A DNA stretch of 64,000 bases from Octopus sinensis. Its lineage: Eukaryota. The DNA lies in assembly GCF_006345805.1 (NCBI RefSeq), contig NC_043011.1, positions 59,160,464 through 59,224,463 of the forward strand, in the 5' to 3' direction. Both the position numbers and the translations under genes were made by a program. The notes below the pieces were generated by a model that was not told the origin of the DNA, did not search any database, and saw nothing but the letters and a program-made list of their open reading frames with translations. Numbering within the stretch: the first letter of the stretch is position 1; each line of letters opens with the position of its first letter. Shown piece after piece: positions 26,342-39,589 of the stretch.

Positions 26342-26762
26342 TGTGTGGTAAGTAGCTCGCTTACAAACCACATGGTCCCAGCTTCAGTCGCACAGCGTGG
26401 AACCTTGGGCAAGTGTCGTCTACTATTGCCTCAGGCCGACCAAAACCTTGTGAGTGGACTTAGTAGACGGAAACTGAAAGAAGCCCGTTGTATATATGTA
26501 TATATACATACATTCATATGTATATATATGTGTGTGTATGTGTGTGTGCGTTTGTGTCTGTGTTTGTCCACCCAAGCATCACTTGACAACTGATGTTGGT
26601 GTGTTTACTTCCCCGTAAATTAGTCATTCGACAAAAGAGACCGATAGAATAAGTACTAAGCTTACAAAGAATACCTTAGGGTCGATTTGCTCGACTAAAG
26701 GCGGTGCTGCAGCATGGCCACAGTCACATGACTGACACAAGTAAAAGAGTAAAAAAGTAAGA
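26342..26762 (+). mobile_element. SINE family B
   Basis: Homology to 20700-21150; an inverted degenerate B head lies at 26220-26340. Confidence 0.88.
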
Positions 26763-27121
26763 GAGATATACGTTATACATTTTAATAAGTCAATGTTATA
26801 TCAGTCAATGGAAATATCACAAATGACCCAGGGAGATCTCCATATATCAAAGGTAGGAGAAAAGGAATGGAAAATAACATCAAACTCTTGAGAAAGATAT
26901 GGGATCTCGACCTTTATATACGGCGTGCCTCCGACATATTAAACGTGATGGGACCATGTGACACAAGACCAGAACAACACAGCTGATTTTTCCAGATCGA
27001 AAGACGACTGACTGATGTCCAGACTCAGACTTTGGTTATCGATCCGAGTAGGATGAAAAGCAAAGACACCCTAGCGAATCGTCTAAATCACTACACAACA
27101 TTAACTACACACATACACATA

Positions 27122-27170
<49 letters not shown>

Positions 27171-27906
27171 TATATATACACACATACACATATGTATATA
27201 TATATATATATATATAACCTGCTGGCAGTATAGTAACCTCATGGACATTAGATTTCATCAGCATCCTTAATTATACAACGAATATATTGCTATCGAATAT
27301 TGAACTCGCCGTCTGGCCTACTAATTGATGGCTAAGTAGCGGAAGCGGTACTTGTACAAATACGTGATGATAATACGTCATAAAAGAACAAATAAACAAT
27401 CATTAAAGTATCTTAAAATGGTTCATTAATAGAATGACCAGACCATAAAACTAATTCATTATTGTTGATGATGGCATTGTGAGAAATATAACGTTTAATA
27501 CTTAACTCCATAAACATCACAACCGTTGCGACTATGATTCTAATCGAGAGAAACATCTTTATTGTTTCGATAAACATTAAAGTTAACTCTATAATTCCAA
27601 CTATAAGTCGCCATCGTCGATGTTTTGACCTAGTCAGTGATATTTGCTACAGACGCCGTACAGATCAACGAATATGTCTTATGGGTGAGACGAAAATGTT
27701 CCGAGGATAATGGTAGCTAATTAAACAAAGGAGTGAATGAATAATTAACAAAGCCTGCATTCTTTGGGGTTCGATTTCAGAAATTGACGCTGTTCAAATG
27801 CTTCACAACACAAACTAATTAGGAAACCCTGGAAATGTTCTGCATTTCAAAAGGATTAAAATATTGTATCAAATATATTGATTTCGTTGATAACTACAAT
27901 ATACCA

Positions 27907-28284
27907 GTGGAGGCGCAATGGCCCAGTGGTTAGGACAGCGGACTCGCGGTCATAGGATCTCGGTTTCGATTCCCAGACCGGGCGTTGTGAGTGTTTATTG
28001 AGCGAAAACACCTAAAGCTCTACGCGGCTCCAGCAGGGGATGGTGGTGATCCCTGCTGTACTCTTTCACCACAACTTACTCTTACTTCCTGTTTCTGTTG
28101 TACCTGTATTTCAAAGGGCCGGCCTTGTCACTCTCTGTGTCACGCTGAATATCCCCGAGAACTACGTTAAGCGTGCACGTGTCTGTGGAGTGCTCAGCCA
28201 CTTACACGTTAATTTCACGAGCAGGCTGTTCCGTTGATTTGGATCAACCGGAACCCTCGTCGTCGTAACCGACGGAGTGCTTCC
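27907..28284 (+). mobile_element. tRNA-derived SINE family C, head variant 2
   Basis: A-box tggcccagtgg, B-box-like gtttcgattcc; about 200-bp 3' tail homologous to 18196-18390. Confidence 0.85.
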
Positions 28285-28741
28285 ATCCGCAATATACCAA
28301 AAGCAAAACCAGTAGCTCTTTTAATAATTGCAGTACAAGGAATTTCACCTGATCGTTGCTCCCTTCATGTGTGGCTAAAGTGTATGATGACACTCTTTAC
28401 TGCTACAATTCAATCTAAATTAAGATACCATTCGGCTTAAGCGTTTTCAGTTTGGTTTTCACTGAGCTCCCTTTATAAGAGCATTATTCACGCAGTTACA
28501 CTTATACTTTTCACAGTGGAAAGAATAATAATTCCAAGAACAATTCCAATTGCTCAAGTTCGAGTGTGGCATGGCACAATGTCATAGAGATGAAATAACA
28601 GAAATTATAGTGTGGTGTGACGAACACACTTTCTAAAAGTCATTATATCCCCATTAATTGTTGAGTTCTAATCCCACCGATTGCATTCTTTTGGATCGAT
28701 CAACTATAACATATAGCATTCGTATACTTGGGTCGAATTAA

Positions 28742-29030
28742 TCCATATTTATTTATTTATTGCCCACAAGGGGCTAAACATAGAGGGGATAAACAAGGAC
28801 AGACAAAGGGATTAAGTCGATTACATCGACACCAGTGAGAAACTGGTACTTACCATTCAACTGATTGCATGAATTTCAGGCAATCTAAGAAATCGTTACT
28901 GTCACCGAAGTGAAGTCGACAACCTGGTAGAATCGCTAACCACCGGACAAATGCTTCGCGAGCATTTGTGGCTGCTATTTACGTTCCGATTTCAAAGTCC
29001 GCCGAGGTCGCATTTGCTTTCCACCCCTTT
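28742..29030. mobile_element. Two partial SINE A remnants (28742-28850 minus; 28920-29030 plus, degenerate)
   Basis: Homology to SINE A tail and head respectively. Confidence 0.65.
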
Positions 29031-29415
29031 TGGTAAATGTTGCTAATCCATTTTTATTTCGAATGAGGTAACGTGAGATTACACAAGGCTTTACTGTAGA
29101 ACCAACCGTTTAGTTGTGTGGGATATACAGACATAGGTATGCGACTCGTATAGGGATTATTTTTAGCTATTATTTCGCTTGCATTCAGCTCGGTACTTTT
29201 AAAGTGGCGGTAAAATGTTCGTATTTGTTTGCGTTTGATATAGTTTGTGTTTAGTATACAAATACTATCACATCTACCCACATATAAATGTATGCAACAG
29301 GCATCACACTCTTGCATTTCTGCGACCCTATGTGCATATATAAAACGATTGTCTTACGGGATCTACAGAGTTTCAAGCCCTTATAAGTGCATTAATATAT
29401 ATTTCGAAAAAAAAA

Positions 29416-29725
29416 GGCGCGAGTTGGCAGAAACGTTAGCACGCTGGGCGAAATGCTTAGCGGTATTTCGTCTGCCGTTACGTTCTGGGTTCAAATTCCG
29501 CCGAGGTTGACTTTGCTTTTCATCCTTTCCGGGTCGATAAATTAAGTACCACTTACGCACTGGGGTCGATATAATCGACTTAATCCGTTTGTCTATCGTT
29601 GTTTGTCCCCTCTGTGTTTAGCCCCTTGTGGGTAGTAAAGAAATAGGTACTTCGTCTGCCGCTACGTTGTGAGTTAAAATTCCGCCGAAGTCGACTTTGC
29701 CTTTTATCCTTTCGTGGTCGATTAA
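29416..29725 (+). mobile_element. SINE family A, head + body + partial second body
   Basis: Tail aaagaaatag followed directly by gtacttcgtctgccgctacg. Confidence 0.9.
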
Positions 29726-30796
29726 ATATGTATATTTCGAAACAAACCTATAAAGTCATATATGTGTCGTGTATTCAAACATGAGTGTCTGGGATCGATG
29801 GTTGATTAATAAAGCGAATAATGTATATTATCATCGTGCATATTATATATTAACATTATATATACCATATATTAATTTATACCTGATGCATATGTGATGA
29901 GATCAACGAGAAATCATCCTTGAATGTTTCCAGTTTGAACTGTCGTTCGTGTAAGCAACGAGAGAAAAACCTACCTTAAATGTTCAAAGTTTTCGCTACT
30001 GAAATTCTATTTCGTCTCTGTTACCGCCGCATCCCTCGTATTTGCTGGCGTTGTCTATCATGCTTCAGTTTATCAGGGGATTGCTTTCATTCCTATCATT
30101 AAATTTTAATAGCATTTTGAACAAAAATGTTACATATTTATTCTTGTCAGTAATAAAAGAGTTACATGCATTTTTCTTTGAATGTATTCACAATAGCTCC
30201 GATTTAAGTTATGTTTTGTTCATACATCGATGATATAGGCTTTGTGAATCAGCTCTTTTTCCAGACGTTGTATGCCCCTAGCACTGTTATCGAGACCCTG
30301 CAGATACAAGATCTATGTGTTTGTTTTTTAAGGCTATTATTGTTATTGTGGTTAAAGACACTCGAGGCTATATTTCTTATGGTTTTCATCTAACTTCAAC
30401 TGCATTTCTATTAAAGATGTGGAGATATTCCTGTGTGTGTAGAAAATGACTCCATAACATTCGCTGAAGGAGTGTCTTTATTTATACTCACTTTCATACT
30501 GAATGGGGGAAAAGATTTTCCTACGGTTACTTATTTTCGGACTGCCTCACTTTTGTTCGATACGGGTTATACTGCACTTAATGTTCACACCCTTCATGCA
30601 TGTCTTTGTAATATGGGACTGTCTTTTGTGAGGTTTCTTCATCAGAGGGTAAATTGGTAAGAAGCCTACTTATACTATCAACTAACTGTCTAATTATTGA
30701 TGGCGAATGGTTAAAACTTCTATGCATGTAAGAAGTGCCATGTTAAAATTTTGAAAAGGTTTACATATGTTTCCCTACATATTTGTACATATTTGC

Positions 30797-30859
<63 letters not shown>

Positions 30860-31118
30860 GTAGAAATATGTTACAAAAAGAGAATATAAAATACACGTGG
30901 TAATGTAAGGGGAAAATAAGAAAAATCAACGAAAATGCACATTGTAATAAAAAAAAAGAAAAGGCTTTTTATGAAAGGTAACGGCAGATATATACATCTA
31001 GATGAACTGAGGTAGTAATAAAAGTCATTATCATGAGATGATTAAAACGTCAGAAAATAAAGCATACCAAGGTTTTCGTCATAAGCTATTCATTGCTTTC
31101 AATGCTTTGAAAAAAACG

Positions 31119-31144
31119 TATACCAAAGTTTTTTGTTGGCTGGG

Positions 31145-31180
<36 letters not shown>

Positions 31181-31203
31181 AGCCAACAAAAAACTTTGGT
31201 ATA
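31119..31203. repeat. 28-bp perfect inverted repeat around a (TA)n spacer
   Basis: tataccaaagttttttgttggctgggat / atcccagccaacaaaaaactttggtata. Confidence 0.95.
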
Positions 31204-31223
31204 TATTTTTATCTATTGCTTAA

Positions 31224-31300
31224 TTTTTGTCGTTTGCTTTATTTTTGTCGTTTGCTTTATTTTTGTCGTTTGCTTTATTTTTGTCGTTTGCTTTATTTTT
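31224..31300. repeat. 18-bp tandem repeat x4 (tttttgtcgtttgcttta)
   Basis: Direct reading. Confidence 0.92.
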
Positions 31301-31349
31301 GTTGATTATCTCCATTTTATTTGTATAGTGTATCACTACTTAACTGATG

Positions 31350-31401
<52 letters not shown>

Positions 31402-32927
31402 GACAGAGATATTCTGTCCTTATATAACATTTTGATTTCATATCTTTCAATATGAATTTTTCCTCGTATAAAAGGCTTACAATATGTATCTTGTTCTTTT
31501 TTTCATTGAAGAATTGACTTCATATTCTTAAAGAATGTCTTGTGCAGAAGGTGTTTCGTGCATACTAATAGCCTGTGGTACATTGTGAACATCACTTGGA
31601 TTGCTGCTCTTGACCTTTCTCTCTCTTCCCTATTACCGTTTCTAATCTATCCATTAACATATGGCGACACTTTTTGTCTGTATAAACTCACGAAAGTGTT
31701 TCCGTATTTGAAAATCTTCCTCTTTAGACTATTTCGCAACATCTCTCGGAGTAACTTTAGTTAAAAAGATTTAACATGATATTGGCGACAGATCTCTTTG
31801 GACTCGTGCTTGGAATATCTAATTTGGTTTCTAATATTGTATACAGCAGAGATTCTTAACTACCGATCCGTCTTAGAAATGTTATTAGTTAAAATTTACT
31901 GAATTAATATTTTCAATTTCCTGGAATAGAATCAATTCTACGTATGAATTTATTTTTAATCTTCTTTCCGATCACTTCAGGTTTTCATGCTTAGAGAAGC
32001 CGTGTGAGTTATAACAGAACTATCGCAATGTCAATCTACTTGGAACTTCGTCAACTTCAAATAGAAGATTCTGTATGATATTTGCTCCTAAAGGATTCTA
32101 CAGATATTTCAGCTACATTTCCAGGCAGTTCGATATTTTGAATTCCAAATTACGTTCCGACTTTTGCTTACGCTTTGAACCTTCTTTAACTACTTTAATC
32201 TAAAACAGCGTCCATATTAAGTCAATCTTTCAAAATATATTAAATTTATAAATCCCTTCCCTTTGTGAAGTGTTGCATAGTTTCCACTAAACATTTCTTT
32301 CCAATAATCTTCAAATTTTCTTTGTTATAGTTGATCACATATTAACTATAAAGGTTTTCAGAGACAAATATCAAGGGACAAAGAGAAAGTTTCCATTAAT
32401 ATTGTTTACTGAATGCCTTATATGGGCTCTCATAGGTATGTCAAATTAAAAAGTTGATTAGATAGATATCAAAAGAAAAGAATTACACTTGAACAGACTG
32501 GTATATTTTCAATAGAAAATGCTTTTAATTTACAACAGATAAGCATTATCTGCTTTCATTGTTTGAGAATAATTTACACTGTTACTTCCTGTTTTTTTTT
32601 AAATATTTTCTTTAAAGCATTCTCTACATTTATATTAAGTCCAGAATTTGTTTGACCACTCATTTGTAGTGTTTATTGTATAAATTGCTGCACCATAACT
32701 CTTTCGGCAGGAGCAAGAATCACCTTAGAGATGTAGATGAAATTTCTAAAAAACAGTTTCGAGAATAATACAACGTAAGGAATGCCAGTTACGTACTTCA
32801 AACCAATAAGAAGACTGGGGAAATAATGAAACAACTTGTTAATTTTAGGAAAGTTTTGGTAGTTTGAGATTTAAATTCCTATTTCTATAGTGTAGAACTT
32901 TAAAAAGAAATGAGTGCGTGATATTCT

Positions 32928-33205
32928 TTTCTACTCTAGGCTCAAGGGCCGAAATTTTGGGGGAGGGACCAGTCGATTAGATCAACGCCAGTATGCAACT
33001 GGTACTTAATTTATCGACCCCGAAAGGATGAAAGGCAAAGTCGACCTCAGTGGAATTTGAACTCGGAACTTAACGGCAGACTAAATACTGCTAATCATTT
33101 CGGCCGGCGTGTTAACGATTCTGCCAGCTCACCGCTTTAATGCGTGCGTAATGTTGCAAAGGATTCTTTCTACTATAGGCACATGACCTGAAATTTTGTG
33201 GGAAG

Positions 33206-33247
<42 letters not shown>

Positions 33248-33270
33248 CAATGATGATGATGATGATGATG

Positions 33271-33303
<33 letters not shown>

Positions 33304-33510
33304 GCAGTTTCAAACTTTTCCACAAGGGCAGCAGTTTACGGGGAGGGGATGAGTCGATTACATCGACCCCAGTATTCAAATGGTACTTATTTTATGAACT
33401 CCGAAAGTATGAAAGGCAAATTCGACCTCAGAGGAATTTGAACTCAGAACGTAAAGACGGACGAAATGCCCGTATTTTTGCCATCCTGGTAACGATTCTG
33501 CCAGCTCGAC
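32928..33510 (-). mobile_element. Cluster of SINE A short-tail copies separated by (AAT)n/(GAT)n
   Basis: Copies at ~32928-33135 and ~33305-33510 plus a tail remnant at ~33165-33205. Confidence 0.82.
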
Positions 33511-33515
33511 GCATC

Positions 33516-33890
<375 letters not shown>

Positions 33891-34299
33891 TGTGTATTTC
33901 ATGTATCGTTACCGACATCCACCTTACCATGTTTCCGAATATTTCATATTCTTTTCTTTAACCGTTTTAATTCTTACGCTACTAATTTTGGAGATAAGGA
34001 GTCCAGTCAACTCATAAAATCTGCAGCTGCACAAGTTGCACTCGTTAGAGCTAGGTGGGTGTACCTGGAGTCAACGTATTTTTGCATCTTTATCATTTGA
34101 CTTCATTAGATAGATTGATACGCACAAGCAATAAGCGTGTATGCCTATCCGTATACATGTAGGAATCCGTATGCATATATGCGTGCATTCAGTGTAGAAT
34201 TATATACGCATGTGCATATATATGATGTATATATACTGGGAAAGATACTTCTACGGTGTGCATATGAGTGGGTTTGTGTGTTTGTCTGTGTATCTATAT

Positions 34300-34311
34300 C
34301 TGTATCTATCA

Positions 34312-34379
<68 letters not shown>

Positions 34380-34429
34380 ATATATATATATCTATATATA
34401 TATATATTATATATATATAATATTATATG

Positions 34430-34461
<32 letters not shown>

Positions 34462-34539
34462 ATATATACGTATATATATATATGTATATATATATATATT
34501 ATATACATATTATATATATATATTATATATATATATATA

Positions 34540-34594
<55 letters not shown>

Positions 34595-34598
34595 ATAT

Positions 34599-34638
<40 letters not shown>

Positions 34639-34650
34639 TTATATATGCAT
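34300..34650. repeat. (TCTA)n/(TA)n microsatellite
   Basis: Direct reading. Confidence 0.95.
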
Positions 34651-35263
34651 GAATATTTGTGAATGTGTGTGTGTTCTGTGCACATAGAGGGGCACTTTCA
34701 TGAATTGGAAAATTGCCATGTGATGTCTTCTAATTCCTGCACTCCATTCAATCTGAATAATTATATTTAAAGCGATCTAATTTTATTTCTTAAACATTTT
34801 AAAAAAAAATGTAACCTGTTTTAATGCGATTGATGTAGTGATCGGCAGTCATGATTCATCATATTATATTGTCACAGTTTATTCATATCGGTCTTAGAAT
34901 TATACTGTATTGTCGGGAAAGAAATATTCAAATTGCGATGAGGCCAACTTAGTCCTCCGGCTCGACCAGACATGTGATGTCAAGAAAAAAAGAATTGTAT
35001 GGTTATTTGATTTTTATTGAAGCTGTTGTATCATTACTTAATCAGCCAGCTTCTGCACATGTATATTTATACACGCACATACACACATTTACACTTGCAT
35101 GCATGAAAGCATTCATATATCTATGTATGTATATTTACATATATCGTGAGAGATAGAATATAAAATGCATTTCCGTCAATTGACATAATGTAATAGGTAT
35201 GTAATATGAGTTGGCTTTATATTACGCAGATATAATTGTACTTATGTGTGTGAGAATGTATAT

Positions 35264-35298
<35 letters not shown>

Positions 35299-35308
35299 TA
35301 TATATATA

Positions 35309-35540
35309 TAAAAGGGGTCTGAAAAATTCCTGGCTTTAATGTTGTGAGGAAAGGCATGGATGGGGGCTCAAACCTCCGAGTTATTTACTGGTCTTAGGCA
35401 AACTGAAGGACATTAGAGATAAGTGTGTGAACCTGAGAGGTGAATATGTTGAATAAAATCATGATTAACCCTCATTAACTAATCCTTGTAGATTTCTTTT
35501 TTCACAAAGGCAGGAAGTTTTTAGCATTCCCTCCTTTGTA
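35309..35540 (+). mobile_element. Internally deleted mariner element
   Basis: Degenerate TIRs (aggggtctgaaaaattcctggcttt versus reverse complement agggaatgctaaaaacttcctgccttt); internal frame RDKCVNLRGEYVE* matches the mariner transposase C-terminus (KC...G.Y.E). Confidence 0.75.
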
Positions 35541-35556
35541 TATATATACACATATA

Positions 35557-35635
<79 letters not shown>

Positions 35636-35689
35636 TTGATTCGTTAGCTACTGCACGCATTTTTTTTCTCTCCTTCTTTCTGTGTTTTT

Positions 35690-35838
35690 TTCTCTCTGTG
35701 TATCTTTCTGTAGAAGAGCGTAGGCTCGAAACGTTAAAGACTTGTTTTATTTATATTTCCTGAGCGCCATACTAATACAATTGTTCGTTTGTTTTCCACC
35801 TGCCTTCGTCTTTTGTCTATTTTCATAAAGCTTCCCGT

Positions 35839-35840
<2 letters not shown>
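35690..35840 (+). mobile_element. Family H repeat, best-preserved copy
   Basis: Contains the motif at 35703-35740, then cctgagcgccatactaatac...cttcccgttatata. Confidence 0.85.
35703..35740 (+). ncRNA. Putative minimal type-I hammerhead ribozyme (variant core CUGUAGA)
   Basis: Stem I TCTTT/AAAGA; core CTGTAGA + extra A; stem II GAGC-gtag-GCTC; GAAAC-GT-T with loop-less ACGU stem III. Position 6 is U instead of the canonical A. Activity untested. Confidence 0.55.
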
Positions 35841-35891
<51 letters not shown>

Positions 35892-35929
35892 ATATAAGTA
35901 TGTATATATAAATAAATATATAAATTAAT

Positions 35930-35981
<52 letters not shown>

Positions 35982-36179
35982 AATAAATAATATATATATA
36001 TGTATATATATTTATGTATATAAATAAATACTATATATATATATATATATATAAATATATGAATAAATCTATATATATGTATGTATATAAATATGTGTGT
36101 GTGTGTGTGCGTGTGTACGCACGTCGCTATATGTATATAAAAGAGAATACATAAAGAACGCCAAAACATCCAGACAGTT

Positions 36180-36570
36180 AGATGATACAACAGAGGGACA
36201 ATAAATAACAAGGACGAGTTATTTGAAGTTTTCTTGGATGCAGTCTACTCCTTATACAGTGTTTGACCGCCTCCTGTACCTACACCTTAGCATCATCATG
36301 GCGTCTGATATGGATTTTTTAAACTGGACAATGTTCTGAAAAGATACCCATATAGATTGCACCTCCGATTTGGAGCACCAATACTAGCAGATAAGTTCTG
36401 ATCTTTGTAGATCTTAAAATGTCTTTTGGGGTCTCCGTTGGATTTGTAAATCTTCTGGCATACACCGCATTCAAAGGTGTGCGCAGACATATAGTCAGAA
36501 TAGTTGGTGGAGGTTCGTTTTCATTGTCTTCGGAGATGAGATTTGGGGCCAGCAAAAGGCAGGCATGATC
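36180..36570 (-). pseudogene. Degenerate double C2H2 zinc-finger relic (probably a LINE 3' region)
   Basis: FECGVCQKIYKSNGDPKRHFKI and a decayed second finger CNLYGYLFRTLSSLKNP; stops follow. Confidence 0.45.
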
Positions 36571-36660
36571 TGTCACACAGACACAGACACAGACAGACAC
36601 ACAGACACACAGACACACACACATATATGTATGTATACATATATGTATATAAATATATAT

Positions 36661-36700
<40 letters not shown>

Positions 36701-36702
<2 letters not shown>

Positions 36703-36857
36703 GTGTGGTAAGTAGCTTGTTTACCAACCACATGGTTCCGGGTTCAGTCCCACTGCGTGGCACCTTGGGCAAGTGTCTTCTACTGTAGCCTCGGGCCGAC
36801 CAAAGCCCTGTGAGTGGATTTGGTAGACGGAAACTGAAAGAAGTCCGTCGAATATAC

Positions 36858-36906
<49 letters not shown>

Positions 36907-37135
36907 GAGTGTGTGTGTGTGTGTGTCTGTGTTTGCCCCTTAGCATTGCTTGACAACCGATGCTGGTGTGTTTATGTCCCCGTTACTTAACGGTTCGGCA
37001 AAAGAGACCGATAGAATAAGTACTGGGCTTACAAAAGAATAAGTCCCGGATCGAGTTGTTCGATTAAAGGCGGTGCTCCAGCATGGCCGCAGTCAAATGA
37101 CTGAAACAAGTAAAAGAGTAAAAAGAGTAAAGAGA
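36701..37135 (+). mobile_element. SINE family B
   Basis: Highly similar to 20700-21150. Confidence 0.92.
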
Positions 37136-38001
37136 ATATATATATATATGCACATATATATGTGTGTGTGTATGTATGTATGTTCCTATGTATATTCAGA
37201 ACTATACAGCTATATGTATATTATGTGTAGAAATTTTATATATATATATAAAATATATATATATATATATAAGATATTTATACATATATGTAGTTTCAGG
37301 GTTATTGCTCTTCATCAACATAGAGTACCTGCTTGGCTAGTTGGCACTGGTGAATTGAAATATGTACGTGCTGGACAGGGAATTTATCGTTGGAAAATAT
37401 TAGGAGATAGATAATGTGTCGTAAAGCCCGCTAGAAACGATGTTCCTGGGTGACTAATTAACTGTAACAACGTCCCTTCCAGGGCAGCTATTTTATGTTA
37501 GCCATTGAAGTTTACGTTAACGAAATGTTACTGTATGACTGTCCCTGAAAGATTTAGAAATAATACTGTTTCCATTCGTAGATGAGTGCTGTGTGTTACT
37601 TTGAAATCCATATATTCGAACCGTGAATTGAGCAGCGCCGCTTAGCCAAGCAGCCATTCTGTGTTGACGAAATGCAATAACACTGAAACTAATCCACAGG
37701 TTTTGTTTTGTGCCGGGCGGGCATGCTGATTTCCCGGTTCGAACGGATAAGGATAGAGATAATGTGCCTTATAGCAAGCTAGAAACGAAGATTCTGGTGG
37801 CTAATGATCCGTATCAACGTCCCTTCCAGGCCAGCCATATTATGTTGGGAATTGAATTATATGTATATATATACATATATATACATATATATATATATTA
37901 ATGCTTATATAAATATATATATATTCATGCTTATATAAATATAAAAGAATTACAGAGGGAAATAGAGAGATAAACAGATATTAAGTCGGGCGGATAAAGT
38001 T

Positions 38002-38215
38002 GTGGTGATGAGTGAAGATGGAAGTAAGAGACGAAGGAAGAAGAGAAGACGAAGAAGAAGAAGAAGAAGTAAGAAGGAAGAAGAAGAAGAAGAAGAAGAA
38101 GAAGAAGAAGAAGAAGAAGAAGAAGAAAGAAGACAAGAAGAAGAAGAAGAAGAAGAAGAAGAAGAAGAAGAGAAGAAGAAGAAGAAGAAGAAGAAGAAGA
38201 AGAATGAGAAGAAGG
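38002..38215. repeat. (GAA)n microsatellite
   Basis: Direct reading. Confidence 0.96.
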
Positions 38216-38689
38216 ATTTTCTCGTTAGCCACAAGGGTTCAAGAGAGTGAATAAGACAATGAACGATTAATGATACGTGAGATTCTTGACAAATAAGAAA
38301 CGAGATGCGAGTCTTATATAATCGAAGGACTGAAGATTTAATGAAAGATGAATTACATCGAGAACAAGATGAAGATGAAATAATTGAAACACGATATCAA
38401 TTAAAAATGCAAAAACAGTCAAAGACACGAGTGTGGAGCCTGTGGCGAGTTGAAGCTCGAATGTACCCAACCATGACCTTCCACCATTTCTCTTCCTGTG
38501 TAAACTAAGTGCATGTGTAAACCGACCTGCTGGCTTCTATCAGATGATTGCCTGTTGTAAACGTTTAAACGTGTTGCGGATTCTCTTTCATTGATGCATC
38601 GCTGCAATAACATTCATTCCTCAGCACAAAGATAGGAGTCGTCCGAATATACTGAGGTGCTATCAAAATGTTTCGTGACTAATTCTATG

Positions 38690-38771
38690 AATGTATGTAT
38701 GTATGCATGTACGTATGTATGTATGTATGTATGTATGTATGTATCTATCTATCTTTCTATCTACTTATCTT

Positions 38772-38826
<55 letters not shown>

Positions 38827-38928
38827 ATCTATCTATCTATCTATCTATCTATCATCTATATATCTACATATCTTTCTATCTATCTATTTACCTATATTTA
38901 TATTTATCCATGTACATATCTTTCTATC

Positions 38929-38978
<50 letters not shown>

Positions 38979-38979
38979 A

Positions 38980-39013
<34 letters not shown>

Positions 39014-39033
39014 CCTATCTATCTATCTATCTA

Positions 39034-39067
<34 letters not shown>

Positions 39068-39068
39068 C
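38690..39068. repeat. (TATG)n/(TCTA)n microsatellite
   Basis: Direct reading. Confidence 0.96.
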
Positions 39069-39365
39069 TATCAAAATACAGGATGGTGCAACAGTTTGGG
39101 TTGCAGGGGCCCACAGCTCTTCAGTATCTCTGCAAAATGCCCGAGAGACCTGCATGGTGTGGATATAGGTGTCTTCAAAACAAAACTAGATCTCCTCTTG
39201 TCAAGGATTCCAGACGAGCCTACCTCACGCAGGAAACACAGATGAGGCCAGTAGCATGAAACTACCTAATTCACCAAATGCTACATATCAGAAGGAGGTT
39301 TCAAATAATAGTGGAGCACAGTCAACGATGGTACCCCAGCATGACCGCAACTTTGAAGCTGTAAC
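39069..39365 (+). mobile_element. CR1-like LINE 3' fragment
   Basis: WCNSLGCRGPQLFS...DLHGVDIGVFKTKLDLLLSRIPDEP, homologous to RT C-terminus at 39700-40060 and 62040-62200. Confidence 0.82.
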
Positions 39366-39393
39366 ATTTGAAACGTTTTAAATATTAAGAGTT

Positions 39394-39463
<70 letters not shown>

Positions 39464-39544
39464 TCAAATGAAATAAAAAACAAAACACAAGGACGTCACG
39501 GTACACGTGCTTCAAGCTTTATAAAACAACCTATTCTTACATCA

Positions 39545-39576
<32 letters not shown>

Positions 39577-39589
39577 CCCATATGATTTT

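Noticed and set aside
27907-27985. Possible tRNA gene (also heads at 18440-18515, 20700, 1477)
   Set aside because: A/B boxes present but no closing acceptor stem; continues into SINE body.
31224-31300. CRISPR-like array (also 5722 and 19700 tandems)
   Set aside because: Head-to-tail repeats without unique spacers, eukaryotic context, no cas genes.
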